The position numbers were made by a program, and so were the translations under genes. From Nitrospirota bacterium (lineage in GTDB: Bacteria; Nitrospirota; UBA9217), in NCBI GenBank assembly GCA_963845065.1, contig CAWJQQ010000009.1, positions 1,233,631 through 1,297,630 on the forward strand: a stretch of 64,000 nucleotides of DNA, in the 5' to 3' direction. The notes under the pieces were generated by a model. The model saw only the letters and a list, made by a program, of their open reading frames with translations. It was not told the DNA's origin and searched no databases. Positions 1 through 10,445 of the stretch are shown one piece after another. Every line of letters starts with the position of its first letter. Positions within the stretch are counted from its first letter, which is position 1.

Positions 1-252
1 CTAGATTTTACTATCCAAAAACTTGGTACTGCACTATTCGAGGCGGGTCGGATCAAGGAGGCGATCAGTGAATTCCAGGAAGGGGTGACGGTCGCTCCAC
101 AAAATGCGTCCATGAGGTTCAGCCTTGCCGTGGCGTTTTTGAAAGACGGTAATAAAAAGGCCGCTTTAGCAGAGTTTAAAAAAGTGACCGACCTTGATCC
201 TAAGAGCGATATTGCCCATAAAGCAAAAGACTATGTAAGAACCCTGAGGTGA
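1..252 (+). CDS. TPR-repeat protein, 3' part (PilF/PilW-like by context); truncated by window edge
   Basis: Frame 1 is open to TGA at 250-252 and reads LGTALFEAGRIKEAISEFQEGVTVAPQN...FSLAVAFLKDGNKKAALAEFKKVTDLDP, a TPR pattern; it lies directly upstream of rodZ. Confidence 0.75.
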   Translation, partial: LDFTIQKLGTALFEAGRIKEAISEFQEGVTVAPQNASMRFSLAVAFLKDGNKKAALAEFKKVTDLDPKSDIAHKAKDYVRTLR

Positions 253-256
253 TTGG

Positions 257-1234
257 ATGGGGACGTTAGGAAACTACTTGCGGAGTGCCCGGGAGGCGCG
301 GGGAATCGACCTGCGCGAAGCCGCCCAGCAGACCCGTATCAGCCTTCAATATCTGAAGGCCCTCGAATCGGAAGATTTTTCTAAACTGCCGGGGGCGGTG
401 TTTGTCAGGGGCTTCCTGAAAAATTATAGCAAATTCCTACAGCTTGACGCAACCGAGGTAATGAAAAAATTCGGAGAATTGCAGCAAACACCACCTCTTG
501 TCATTGCAGCGCAGGCTTCCCAGAAGGAATCTACGACAACCGTAGAGGAACCTGAGACAAACACGTCCACAAAATTCCCGTATGAACCCCTTATCTGGGG
601 CACAGCCATTGCTATTGTCCTTGTGATTGCCCTGTTTGCAACACTCCCAAAGCGACATCGGAAAGAGATTCAGCAGCCTCCAGCAACGTCCGCGTTGATA
701 GGGTCGATGCCTGCTACAACTGGCGAACAGCTGAAGCCGGAGAAACTCTATCTCGAAGTAATCGCCCTTGAGGACACTTGGCTATTAGTCAGGATCGATA
801 CGAGCCCACAAAAAAAAGCAATCTTAACAAAAGGGGAAAGCCTCATCTGGAGCGCAGATGAACGATTTCAGCTCAGTTTTGGCAGCGCCGGAGCTCTACG
901 TTTGGTACTAAACGGCAAGGAGCTGAATGTTGACGAGCCGAAGGACACAGTAATCAGAGACATGACCATTACTAGTGCAGGTATACTGAACCGGAATATC
1001 CAGACCGATTATGGTCGGCCCCTCAAAAGAAAACAACTTGCCCCGTCAACTAAAATGCAGTCCCTGCCTTCATCAACTGAAATACAATCGAAGCCTTCTG
1101 CATCATCAACTGAAATACAATCGAAGTCTTCTCAGACTGTTAAAGAGCAGGTCCGTGATCAACATCTGAAAACTGCACCGGTCAACACAATTCCAGTGCC
1201 GAAAACGCCTAATAACGGCATAACACTCCCGTAG
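257..1234 (+). CDS. rodZ: RodZ-like cytoskeleton protein (HTH, TM helix, DUF4115-like domain)
   Basis: N-terminal LGNYLRSAREARGIDL...YLKALESEDFSKLPGAVFVRGFLKNY HTH; single TM helix; C-terminal TWLLVRID...FGSAGALRLVLNG; low-complexity tail. Confidence 0.85.
   Translation: MGTLGNYLRSAREARGIDLREAAQQTRISLQYLKALESEDFSKLPGAVFVRGFLKNYSKFLQLDATEVMKKFGELQQTPPLVIAAQASQKESTTTVEEPETNTSTKFPYEPLIWGTAIAIVLVIALFATLPKRHRKEIQQPPATSALIGSMPATTGEQLKPEKLYLEVIALEDTWLLVRIDTSPQKKAILTKGESLIWSADERFQLSFGSAGALRLVLNGKELNVDEPKDTVIRDMTITSAGILNRNIQTDYGRPLKRKQLAPSTKMQSLPSSTEIQSKPSASSTEIQSKSSQTVKEQVRDQHLKTAPVNTIPVPKTPNNGITLP
1070..1126 (+). repeat. In-frame tandem duplication in the rodZ tail
   Basis: TCATCAACTGAAATACAATCGAAG at 1070-1093 and 1103-1126 (33-bp period), encoding SSTEIQSK twice. 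Confidence 0.9.
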
Positions 1235-1270
1235 CCCAAAAGAGCTGCGCTAAAAGAAGCCCCGCCCTGC

Positions 1271-1367
1271 AGGATGTCCGACAATTCAAATTTTGGTAAA
1301 TCGGCGAACATAAATTCAATGACATATGAGGCTAAAAATCGGAATGATTGTCATTGTCGGACAACCT
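1271..1367. mobile_element. 97-bp MITE with terminal inverted repeats, inserted in an IS200/IS605-type hairpin
   Basis: AGGATGTCCGACAAT (1271-1285) and ATTGTCGGACAACCT (1353-1367) form a 14/15 inverted match; flanks GAAGCCCCGCCCT / GGAGCGGAGTAAGTTAC resemble a split right-end hairpin. Confidence 0.55.
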
Positions 1368-1504
1368 ACTTGGAGCGGAGTAAGTTACTGAAATGTGCGA
1401 TTCTCATGAACGGAGATGCGGAAACAGGAACCAGTTCCGTCGGAGGATGACGTGTCCGCATCGGAGATGGGCTCAATAGGTATTTCCCAATCGAGGGCCA
1501 TTAT

Positions 1505-1641
1505 AAAACCTGTCATTGAATACCCAGCAGTTTTACTGCTGGGATGAAAAGGACAATCCTGACGAAGTCAGGATAAGCATCTGTTTGGTTTTAGGTTCTA
1601 TCGGTTTTGATGCCCCGCAGCTCTGCTGCGGGGTAATTCAC
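1505..1641 (+). mobile_element. Non-autonomous IS200/IS605 miniature (PATE/REPIN-like)
   Basis: Left hairpin AATA-CCCAGCAG..CTGCTGGG-ATGAA preceded by TTAT (1501-1504); right hairpin GATG-CCCCGCAGC..GCTGCGGGG-TAATTCAC. Confidence 0.7.
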
Positions 1642-2053
1642 TCTAATACTCGGCACGATTCAATATATCTCAAGAGCGTCGTCGTAGATATCAATCTGAA
1701 TTTTCCTCTAGTGCGCCTCGACAGCGCAGGTAATGATCTTAGAACATTTATTATGGGTGACTATGAATTATGAATTATCGTCATCAGGAACCCTAAAGAA
1801 GACCGAACGGTTTTAGCAACTCGGTGAGTCCTTGGATTTATTCATGGGGAGGTTCAGTGTCTTCAGTATTGGATCGGTGTTGAATTGCAACTCTTCAGAA
1901 GATTGTCAGTTCACGCAGGATGGACCGATTCAAAAGTAATTTTCATTGGCAACTCAGAGATATAAAAACCGTAGATTTCGGACTTATCTATCATTCTATA
2001 CAGGTTGTGATAGCATTGCAATAACTGGTTCTGCAGCAAGAGACCGGGTTATT

Positions 2054-2485
2054 TTATTTTCTGTCGACCATCTTTTTTACGTGTGACCCAGGCCAATAGA
2101 TCCTGCAGCATTTCGGACATTGAAAAAAAACAGTATTTTTGTCACAGACGTGCTGCGGCACAAGGTCCCGGATTTCATGCTTCGCAATGGGAACGATAGG
2201 TTCATTGCATTTGGAACATCGTGTGAAGGGTGCTGTCTTTACGAGAAAATCGGATCGGACCTGTTCCAATTGCTCAGCGACTAGTTCACTCTTAATGAAT
2301 AAGTGCTTTATTGCAAGTGGTCTTGCGGATAGTGCCTTATCGCGTGTGAGGATCAAGCGGTCCTGTTCGAGTGATAGGCGGATGATCTCATTGTCATTTA
2401 AAGCGGGATCGTAGAAGACGTCAATCCCCAGGATACGCATCCTCTTTGCAAGCTTACCCAGCATTGCGTCGGCGATGAATTTCAT
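2054..2485 (-). CDS. Mut7-C domain (PIN-like RNase) protein with Zn ribbon
   Basis: MKFIADAMLGKLAKRMRILGID...ILTRD...RCSKCN...CPKCCRIYWPGSH; likely start is ATG 2485. Confidence 0.85.
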   Translation of the reverse strand: MKFIADAMLGKLAKRMRILGIDVFYDPALNDNEIIRLSLEQDRLILTRDKALSARPLAIKHLFIKSELVAEQLEQVRSDFLVKTAPFTRCSKCNEPIVPIAKHEIRDLVPQHVCDKNTVFFQCPKCCRIYWPGSHVKKMVDRK

Positions 2486-2581
2486 CGAAATATCCCTCGC
2501 ATCCGCAGGTTGAAACAGAATTAAACTCAATAGGCCATCAAAGTTCGCTTAATCATTGATGCCATTCCATTGCTCTAGGTT

Positions 2582-5017
2582 TCATGAAAACTTTCTTAGT
2601 CGTAATGAATTCGAAACAACGCTGACCGAACTGAAGGCCATTGCTGCCGAGGCGAGCATAGGATTCAGCAGTATCTTAAAGAATGGGTAAAGCACGCCTG
2701 CGGCAACAGGGATCCCGAAAACATTGTAAAAGAACGCCCAGAATAAATTCAATTTAATCGTTTGCATGGTCTGGCGCGAAAGCCTTATAGCATCGGCAAC
2801 GACGCGGAGGTCATCTTTGATAAGCGTGACATCCGATGCTTCGATGGCCACATCCGTCCCCGTTCCGATAGCGATGCCTACATCTGCTTGAGTGAGGGCA
2901 GGGGCGTCGTTGATGCCGTCGCCGACCATGGCAACCACTCTCCCCTCGATCTGGAGTTTCTTTATAGTATCCATCTTGTCCTGCGGTAGGACTTCAGACA
3001 TAACGCGGGCGATGCCCAGCTCATCGGCAATGGCCTGCGCCGTTCTTCGATTATCTCCTGTCAGCATGATGATATCTAGACCAAGGTCTTTAAGTTTCGA
3101 AATTGCTTCTTTCGAGTGTTCCTTGACGGTATCGGCAACGGCTATAATTCCCGCTGCCTGTTTTTGTACAGCAACGAACAAGGGCGTTTTGCCGTGTAAA
3201 GAAAGCTTCTCAGCCTCAGCGAGCATTGTGCCGAATTCGATCTTATTTTCGGCCATCAGGCGTTGATTACCAAGAAGAACTTCTCGACCTTTGACCGTCG
3301 TTTGAACCCCATGGCCGGGCAGCGCTGTAAAATCATCAACCGGTTCAAGGCTTATGCCCCGTTCCAGCGCGGCTCGGACTATCGCTTCTCCGAGTGGATG
3401 CTCTGATCCCTTTTCTGATGATCCGGCGTAGAAAAGTATATCCATTTCGCTCATGCCGTTGGGGATAACATCAGTCACTCGTGGTTCGCCACGCGTGAGT
3501 GTACCGGTCTTGTCGAGTATGATGGTATCGATCTTTTGTGCCCGCTCTAGGCTCTCAGCGTTTTTAAAAAGAATTCCATGCTCTGCGCCTTTTCCCGTGC
3601 CTACCATGATTGCCGTAGGGGTCGCTAGACCCATGGCACAGGGACAGGCAATGATCAGCACGGCTATGAAATTGAGCATTGCAAAGGTAAATTTATGATC
3701 AGTAGGCCCAAACAAATACCAGATCAGGAAAGTAAGCAAGCCAATGCCAATAACAGTCGGGACGAAGATACCCGAGATGTAATCGGCAAGACGTTGGATC
3801 GGAGCTTTAGAGCCCTGGGCTTCCTGGACCATGCGAATGATTTGGGAAAGCATGGTATCTTTGCCGACCTTGGTGGCCTTAAAGGTAAACGCCCCTGTTT
3901 TGTTAATCGTCGCACCGACGATCGAATCGCCGGTCTTTTTATCAACAGGGAGGCTTTCTCCAGTCAGCATGGATTCGTCGATCGTTGAAGATCCGTTTAT
4001 GATAACCCCATCCACGGGGATCTTTTCTCCTGGTCGAACTACGATGAGATCCCCGGATTCCACCTCTTCTATGGGGATATCGAACTCCTTGCCCTCTCGG
4101 ACCACTTTTGCCGTACGCGGCTGCAGCCCCATTAAATTTTTGATGGCTTCACCGGCCCGGGTCTTGGCGCGCGCTTCTAGGTATTTCCCGAATAGGATGA
4201 GCGTAATGATCATCGAGGCCGTGTCGTAATACGCACCACCATGACTGTAAAAGTGTCCAAGCATTACCGGGAAGAACGTGAGAACGACACTATAGCCATA
4301 AGCTGCGCTGGTCCCCACGACTACGAGGGTGTTCATGTTCGTGCTGCCGTGCTTGATTGATGCCCAGGCGTTTTGGTAAAAGTGGCGACCTGCCCAGAAC
4401 TGGACCGGAGTCGCTAGAAGGAACAATATAAACCACATGGTCTGGTGCGGAATGACGGCTGGCATGGGAATCATGTCCTGGAAACTCCCGACCATGACCA
4501 TGAATGATAGAACTGCACTTACAATGAGTTTGGTGCGGAGTTCGGAGAGTTCTCTCTCCCGGGTCTCTTTTTCTATATCGAGAGCGGAGCGGCCTTCCAG
4601 CTGCAGCGGAAGACGAAAACCAGCTTTTTCGATGATTCTGCTGAGGTCGCGCAGAACAATCTGGCTGGGAAGGTATTCAAGCTCAATTGTTCCGGCAGCC
4701 GCATTGATTCTGTTCCTGATGACCCCGTCTATTGCAGACAGGACTCGTTCAAGCTCATGTACTCGGGAAACATCGAGGTCTATGATCGGGATCGTTGCTT
4801 TGTCTGTGACTGCCTTGTATCCGAGCTCGTTGATGCTCTCAATGAACTTGCCGAGCCCGACAGCAGCTGGGTCGAACTCAACGACAGCTTTTTCGTTAGC
4901 GTAGTTGACGTTCGCGCTCTTTACGCCGACAAGCTTGGAAATGTCCTTTTGGATCGCTGTGGCGCAGTTTACGCACGTCATGCCTTTTACAGGTATAACG
5001 GTTTTTTTAGTGTACAT
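2582..5017 (-). CDS. copA: Cu(I)-translocating P1B-type ATPase
   Basis: GMTCVNC HMA motif, TGES, CPC, DKTGT phosphorylation motif, GDGIND, and YN / MAFSS motifs of the P1B-1 subgroup. Confidence 0.95.
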   Translation of the reverse strand: MYTKKTVIPVKGMTCVNCATAIQKDISKLVGVKSANVNYANEKAVVEFDPAAVGLGKFIESINELGYKAVTDKATIPIIDLDVSRVHELERVLSAIDGVIRNRINAAAGTIELEYLPSQIVLRDLSRIIEKAGFRLPLQLEGRSALDIEKETRERELSELRTKLIVSAVLSFMVMVGSFQDMIPMPAVIPHQTMWFILFLLATPVQFWAGRHFYQNAWASIKHGSTNMNTLVVVGTSAAYGYSVVLTFFPVMLGHFYSHGGAYYDTASMIITLILFGKYLEARAKTRAGEAIKNLMGLQPRTAKVVREGKEFDIPIEEVESGDLIVVRPGEKIPVDGVIINGSSTIDESMLTGESLPVDKKTGDSIVGATINKTGAFTFKATKVGKDTMLSQIIRMVQEAQGSKAPIQRLADYISGIFVPTVIGIGLLTFLIWYLFGPTDHKFTFAMLNFIAVLIIACPCAMGLATPTAIMVGTGKGAEHGILFKNAESLERAQKIDTIILDKTGTLTRGEPRVTDVIPNGMSEMDILFYAGSSEKGSEHPLGEAIVRAALERGISLEPVDDFTALPGHGVQTTVKGREVLLGNQRLMAENKIEFGTMLAEAEKLSLHGKTPLFVAVQKQAAGIIAVADTVKEHSKEAISKLKDLGLDIIMLTGDNRRTAQAIADELGIARVMSEVLPQDKMDTIKKLQIEGRVVAMVGDGINDAPALTQADVGIAIGTGTDVAIEASDVTLIKDDLRVVADAIRLSRQTMQTIKLNLFWAFFYNVFGIPVAAGVLYPFFKILLNPMLASAAMAFSSVSVVSNSLRLRKFS

Positions 5018-5236
5018 AATTTATTTTACCACAAAGCTATTGCAGGGCAAAGGGGGAAGAGGCACACCATGAGTAATATAACGGTTTTTGAGTGACTCAA
5101 ACAAAACCGAATCGAAAATGCTGCAATTACAGTTCAATCTTGTTGATCTATATATTAAATATTAAGTTTTTTAAAAAATGTTAATTTGAGTACTACTTAC
5201 TATAGTGCGTGAAGATACCCAGACTGCGACCTCCTA

Positions 5237-6163
5237 TCAAAGATCCCGTACCTTGACTGCAGCAATCAGTTTCAGAAAGTCGTCCTTGCAGCATAGCGCC
5301 GTTCCCGGCATTAAAGTTGTGGCGGTACCTGCAGCAACCGCATAAGCAAGGGCCTCTTTTAGGCCTTTGCCTTCAACTATTCCATATACAAAGCCGGCAA
5401 CTGCTGAATCACCGGCGCCGATCGTATTTTTCACTTCTACCTCGGGATGAGACGCATGGTACGATTCCTTTTCTCCGATCAACAAGAGCCCCCTTGCCCC
5501 CAAGGAAACGATAACATTCCTGATACCATTATTTTGTATGCTTCTGGCTGCACTGATAACGTCATCTAAATCTTTCAGCTCAACTCCTACCAGACGACTT
5601 AGTTCATGAATGTTGGGTTTGATCAGATCGGGCAAGCCACGTGTGCCTTCAACTAGAGCTTCCCCGTCTGCATCGAGAACGACTTTTGCGTTTCGGTTTT
5701 TTGCTATTTCGATGAGTTTACGGTAAATTTTGGGATGGACACCGGGAGGAATACTCCCGCTAATGATGACCATTTCCGGATGATCAAGCCCTTCAACCTT
5801 GTGAATTAAACGCATCAGCTCATAGGGTTCTATAACAGGTCCACTTGCGCCGAACACCGACTGAACTCCGGTGCGCATGTCGTTCATAATTATGTTGGTG
5901 CGGGTTTCACCCGAGATCCGGATGAAATCGCAACTTATACCCTCGTTCAGCAAACGGCCTTCCAGCTCTTCGCCAGTGAACCCACCAACAAATCCGAGTG
6001 CAGTGCTACTGACGCCAAGCATAGTCAGAACCCTCGATACATCGATCCCTTTGCCTCCGGCAAATCGCTCTTCTTTTTTGATCCTGTTGGAATCATCGGG
6101 TTTTATCTCTTCGACCCAGACCGTACGGTCCAATGCTGGATTCAGTGTTATCGTATAGATCAA
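5237..6163 (-). CDS. 1-phosphofructokinase family hexose kinase (PfkB/FruK/LacC)
   Basis: IYTITLNPALD, GGKGIDVS, KPNIHEL and NTIGAGDS PfkB signatures. Confidence 0.9.
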   Translation of the reverse strand: MIYTITLNPALDRTVWVEEIKPDDSNRIKKEERFAGGKGIDVSRVLTMLGVSSTALGFVGGFTGEELEGRLLNEGISCDFIRISGETRTNIIMNDMRTGVQSVFGASGPVIEPYELMRLIHKVEGLDHPEMVIISGSIPPGVHPKIYRKLIEIAKNRNAKVVLDADGEALVEGTRGLPDLIKPNIHELSRLVGVELKDLDDVISAARSIQNNGIRNVIVSLGARGLLLIGEKESYHASHPEVEVKNTIGAGDSAVAGFVYGIVEGKGLKEALAYAVAAGTATTLMPGTALCCKDDFLKLIAAVKVRDL

Positions 6164-6721
6164 GGTTCCCTCCGATACATTTACGCGGCAGGAGGGCTTT
6201 TTTTAGCGCTGATGCTGCGTGTAAAAAAATACTTCGTCAGATAACTCTTGTTGGAAACCTTAGCACTAACCCCGATGGCACGGGATGCTATTCGATCACG
6301 TGACATTAACGGCAACAGTCATCAACGCAGCAGTTCTTGTCATGGAACAACTATTCCTTAAGATATTCCACATTATCGTCGTGATTTCAGGTTCGTTATG
6401 GATTTGAGCGTCAGTTCTTATCTCTCTTGCGGCTTCACCGAATGGCATATCATCGGAGATATAACACAAACCGAGCCCATCATTTCTGCATCCCTACATC
6501 TTAAAATGACAGTTGGCATAATTGCTCTCACTTTTTCGATTGACTAAAAATAATTGTATCAACAGGTTCGGTTACGCGTCAAGGAACAAGTCAAGGAAAA
6601 CAATGAATAATCACTACATCCTCAGTAGTATAAAAAAAGAGCGAAAAAACAGAAGCAAAGCAGAGAATAAACTATTGCTGGCCATTAATCACAGGGTCCC
6701 ACTATACCTGTCAGAAGTTTT

Positions 6722-8026
6722 TTATTTTCTTTTGGTGTCCATCAATGCCTGCACGGGTTTGAGACTATATGGGCTGCTATATTCGATCGCAGTAAGCACC
6801 GTACCTCCACCGGTAAAGAAGTAATAGCTTGCATCGTCCATTACCGAAAGGTAAAGACCCGGAAGAAGGTTCTTGAATTCTTGAAGCGTGTCACCGCCGC
6901 CGTACATTTTCATTGCGTGCCGGTTAAGGTCGATAGTGTTGTCAAGTGCCTGGGAACCGGCCGTAAAGTGCGGGGTGAAACCCATGACGGCATTGACGAA
7001 GATGGTCTTTGCCGTAGCGATGGCCTCGGCAACGGTCTTTTCCTCGAAGGACCGGGGATCAATGTCCGTGATAAACGAGTAGGACCCGCCTGGCTGAAAG
7101 TTTTTAATGGAGATGGTCCGGTATTTCCCTTCGATTTTGTCTTCTAAAATATCTGATTCAACAATTAGCGGGAGCTCGACAATCTTTTTTGCTTTGCGAT
7201 CCTTTTCTACCAGCTCTTTAGCGAGTCCGCGGTCCTCGTCGCTCACACCTTTTATCTGCACGCCATACTTCGCACAAAGGTAGGTATTGTAAATGACGCC
7301 GCCGAGAACCAGTCTGTCCACCTTGTCGTAGAGGGCATTGAGCGGCTTGATTTTGGTATCGTACTTCGCGCCGGCGACAACGGCCAGAAAGGGCCGCTCC
7401 GGGTTCATCACGCCCTCGAGGTTCCTGATCTCCTGCTGGAGAAGGAAACCGGCAAAGGAAGGAAGGTGCCTCGTGATATTGTACGTAGAGGCGTGAGGCT
7501 GCCATGAACCGAATGCATCATTCACATAGATGTCGGCCAAGCCTGCGAGCTGAAGTGCGAAGCGCTCGCGGACCTCCCCCTCAGCCTCTTCGCCTTGGAA
7601 CCAACGCGTGTTTGGAAGGTAAATACCGCCAATCTTCCGCTCACGCAGATCTCGGATCGCAAGGTTAATAGAAGTGTCGATGTCGACGATTCCGCGAACG
7701 GGATCCTGGGGAAATTGTGGGATGTACAGTTTTGTATGGAGCTTCTGTTCAAGATAGTGCGCCACTGGCTCAACGGATTCTTCAGGCCTGCACGTAATCG
7801 TTGCGGTTTTTTTGTCTTTCGGCCTGCCTACGTGGGTCATCAAGACAGGCCTTCCACCCCGCTCTACGATATGGAAGAGTGTTCCGATAGTCCGGTCGAT
7901 GCGATAGGGATCCCGTATGGCGCCGTCCTTCACTACATTATGATCGAAACGGACAAGGACTATTTTCCCCTGCAGGTCCGCTTCCTGGATCAAAGGCAGA
8001 TCGTGATGCAATGGTTTCGTCATCAT
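6722..8026 (-). CDS. pgk: Phosphoglycerate kinase (divergent)
   Basis: VLVRFDHNV, THVGRP, YVNDAFGS, GAKYDTKI, GGGDT, FTGGG. Confidence 0.85.
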   Translation of the reverse strand: MMTKPLHHDLPLIQEADLQGKIVLVRFDHNVVKDGAIRDPYRIDRTIGTLFHIVERGGRPVLMTHVGRPKDKKTATITCRPEESVEPVAHYLEQKLHTKLYIPQFPQDPVRGIVDIDTSINLAIRDLRERKIGGIYLPNTRWFQGEEAEGEVRERFALQLAGLADIYVNDAFGSWQPHASTYNITRHLPSFAGFLLQQEIRNLEGVMNPERPFLAVVAGAKYDTKIKPLNALYDKVDRLVLGGVIYNTYLCAKYGVQIKGVSDEDRGLAKELVEKDRKAKKIVELPLIVESDILEDKIEGKYRTISIKNFQPGGSYSFITDIDPRSFEEKTVAEAIATAKTIFVNAVMGFTPHFTAGSQALDNTIDLNRHAMKMYGGGDTLQEFKNLLPGLYLSVMDDASYYFFTGGGTVLTAIEYSSPYSLKPVQALMDTKRK

Positions 8027-8361
8027 GATGAATGATTCCTCTTGTATCGGGAAGCTTGAGTGATTATTATGGCGTCACTTTAATTATAGCAGCCTCAACG
8101 AAGTTGAAGTCGTAAATTCCTATCAAAAGTTATCATTGAAATAGGAGATGTGCGTCTTTTTTCTATGCGGCAGCCATGGTAAGTGGTGACTATTTAATCA
8201 GGTGGTTGATATTTATCGATCGTCCGGAGAGCCTGTTAGGCGCCCATCTGCTCCGGATGTTAATTGTGTGGTCAAGACTATTGCGTGTGTTAATTATTAA
8301 CCAACAGAATCGCCGTACGCAACCGTTATACGGGCGAGACCGTCTTGTGCGCACGCAGCCG

Positions 8362-8751
8362 TTAAAAAAAGAGCATGCCGTCGTATTCCAGCGCGTATGT
8401 AATCAGGTGTATCCCGCCGAGAATTTGGGTGCCTTCGATTAGATCTTCTTTCGAAAGGTTCCTGTTTTTTGCAACCTGTTCACAGAGCTGGAACTTGACC
8501 CCCACGGCGAGAGCGTCTAAGACCCGCTGTTCAAATGTCGGAACTCCGGGGGCCACGACACCTTCTTCCTTGATCTTCCCTTTAATGACCGCATCAGCCC
8601 CATCCTGGACGCAATAGACAACTGCATCACAACCGGAACACTGGGCAATTGTTGCGAACATGATCGCAGATTTGATCTTTCCAACGTCATTTGCTCCGGT
8701 TGATAATTGGACGGCGAATTTTTTACGTTGTTTTCGGGCCACTTCTTCCAT
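8362..8751 (-). CDS. DsrE/DsrF-like family protein
   Basis: 129 aa with DsrE-like pattern VVYCVQDGA...GVKFQLCEQVAKNRNLSKEDLIEG; SD AGGGAG upstream. Confidence 0.7.
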   Translation of the reverse strand: MEEVARKQRKKFAVQLSTGANDVGKIKSAIMFATIAQCSGCDAVVYCVQDGADAVIKGKIKEEGVVAPGVPTFEQRVLDALAVGVKFQLCEQVAKNRNLSKEDLIEGTQILGGIHLITYALEYDGMLFF

Positions 8752-9565
8752 TGTTTTCTCCCTATATCGTAAGGAATCGTCTTATGTGCGGATGACAGAC
8801 GCGAGCCTTGCACATCGTGCATGAGTTTCTCTATCTGTCGTAAAATTGAGCCAAAGGCACATTCTCTATGACCTATTCAACGCGACTCCACATAATTCTG
8901 CCAATTTATTTCTTGCCTTCGTTTTTCAAAACCACATATCCCTTCAGACCTTTGCTTCTCGGTTCATACGGATAACTTTTGGCGTATCGATGATGAATGG
9001 GGGTACATCGCAGAGACGCCTCCTATGCATCGAGCGCAATATACGTAAGATAAGTGGAGCCCCTGTGACGGACCTTTCTGATACGCTAGCTCTCAACAAT
9101 TCACGCCAACTACGATTGAGCTCTTAGCGTCATGGTTAATGTTTGCGAGGAAAAAAGGAGGTACCAGATTAACGCTAAAGCGTGAAAATGCAATCTGTCG
9201 ATTGAGGCTGTAACAAAGTTTGAGCGTGCATGACGGGCAGCGACCACGATGCTCTGTGGATCAGTTTAATTCAATTTAATGATGTTGCCATGGATGCCGC
9301 CAGTAGGGTTCACATCCTGAGGAAAATCATGAGTGTGATTTCAGCGATAGCGTCCTCTAACCGTATCCCTTTCATCATAGTTTCACCTTTTTACTCATTT
9401 CAATGGTTGTTTCGCTATATCGCAGGACATAAGATCCACTGTTGAGGTCCTTAGACCACTGCCTACACGTTAGAAAATAACACTCTGTTTAGAATGGAGA
9501 AAAGTCCTAAGCAGGGCTGATTTTTGCTCGTATGCAGCATCGCTCGGTTTTTCATGCTATGTTCG

Positions 9566-9982
9566 TCAAATGGTAAATTCTATTTCAGAGAAAAAATACT
9601 TTATTTCAAAAGCTGCGGTCTCGGCTGCATCGGAACCGTGAACGCTGTTCTTTTCGAGATCGACGGCAAATTCCTTGCGGATCGTGCCTCGATCTGCGTT
9701 TGCAGGGTTCGTGGCCCCCATGAGCCTTCGCCAAGCAGCAATGGCGTCTTTCTTCTCAAGCACCATGGTAACACAGGGCGCCGAAGACATATAGGATGTC
9801 AAACTTTCAAAGAACGGTTTGCCCTTGTGGACTACATAGAAACCCTCGGCTTCCTTTTTGGTGAGCCAAAGTTTCTTCATCGCGACGATCGTGAACCCGT
9901 TCTCCTCAATCTTGGACAATATCTTCCCTGAAATATTTCTGCTGACTGCGTCTGGCTTGATGATGGCAAAAGTCTTCTCCAA
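9566..9982 (-). CDS. ndk: Nucleoside-diphosphate kinase
   Basis: [30 protein letters not shown] start after GAGGAGG. Confidence 0.97.
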   Translation of the reverse strand: MEKTFAIIKPDAVSRNISGKILSKIEENGFTIVAMKKLWLTKKEAEGFYVVHKGKPFFESLTSYMSSAPCVTMVLEKKDAIAAWRRLMGATNPANADRGTIRKEFAVDLEKNSVHGSDAAETAAFEIKYFFSEIEFTI

Positions 9983-10066
9983 CGGTTCCTCCTCGAAGTA
10001 AAATTGTATTTTAAAAAGTATATTACCACGAATGAAATCGGATAGAAACGGAAATTTATGATTTAT

Positions 10067-10261
10067 GAAACTATGACAGAATACCCCGCATCTTCGCCTG
10101 GGATGAATGTCATCCTTGCCCGGGGAGTTATAAGCGGTCTGGCGTTTCCCTTTTACAGCGAGACGCGAAACAATTTACTGAACGTTTGTTGTTAAAGAAA
10201 TCAGGAAATTACGGATATATAGTGACGCAGAAAGATTAAGCCGCATGCGGCATTTATTCAA
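10067..10261 (+). mobile_element. Degenerate IS200/IS605 miniature of the same family as 1505-1641
   Basis: TTAT (10063-10066), 13 nt, then AATA-CCCCGC...GGGATGAAT left hairpin; right end GCCGCATGCGGC-ATTTATTCAA. Confidence 0.5.
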
Positions 10262-10445
10262 GGAAGGTAAAAGGATTAAGAACATTGATGAAAGAAATTC
10301 TCTATGATGATATTAATAATCTGTGGATAAATTCTGCTGTATATATCAGTCGCGACGATTTATCTTCGGTATTACTCAAATAAACGGTAGTGCTCTTGGA
10401 TGTACGTTCACACTCTTTCGAAACATACGATGGGCATGGATGTGG

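Noticed and set aside
8846..9445. Short ORFs between the DsrE gene and ndk
   Set aside because: SD-like sites are followed by early stops; at most unidentifiable gene debris
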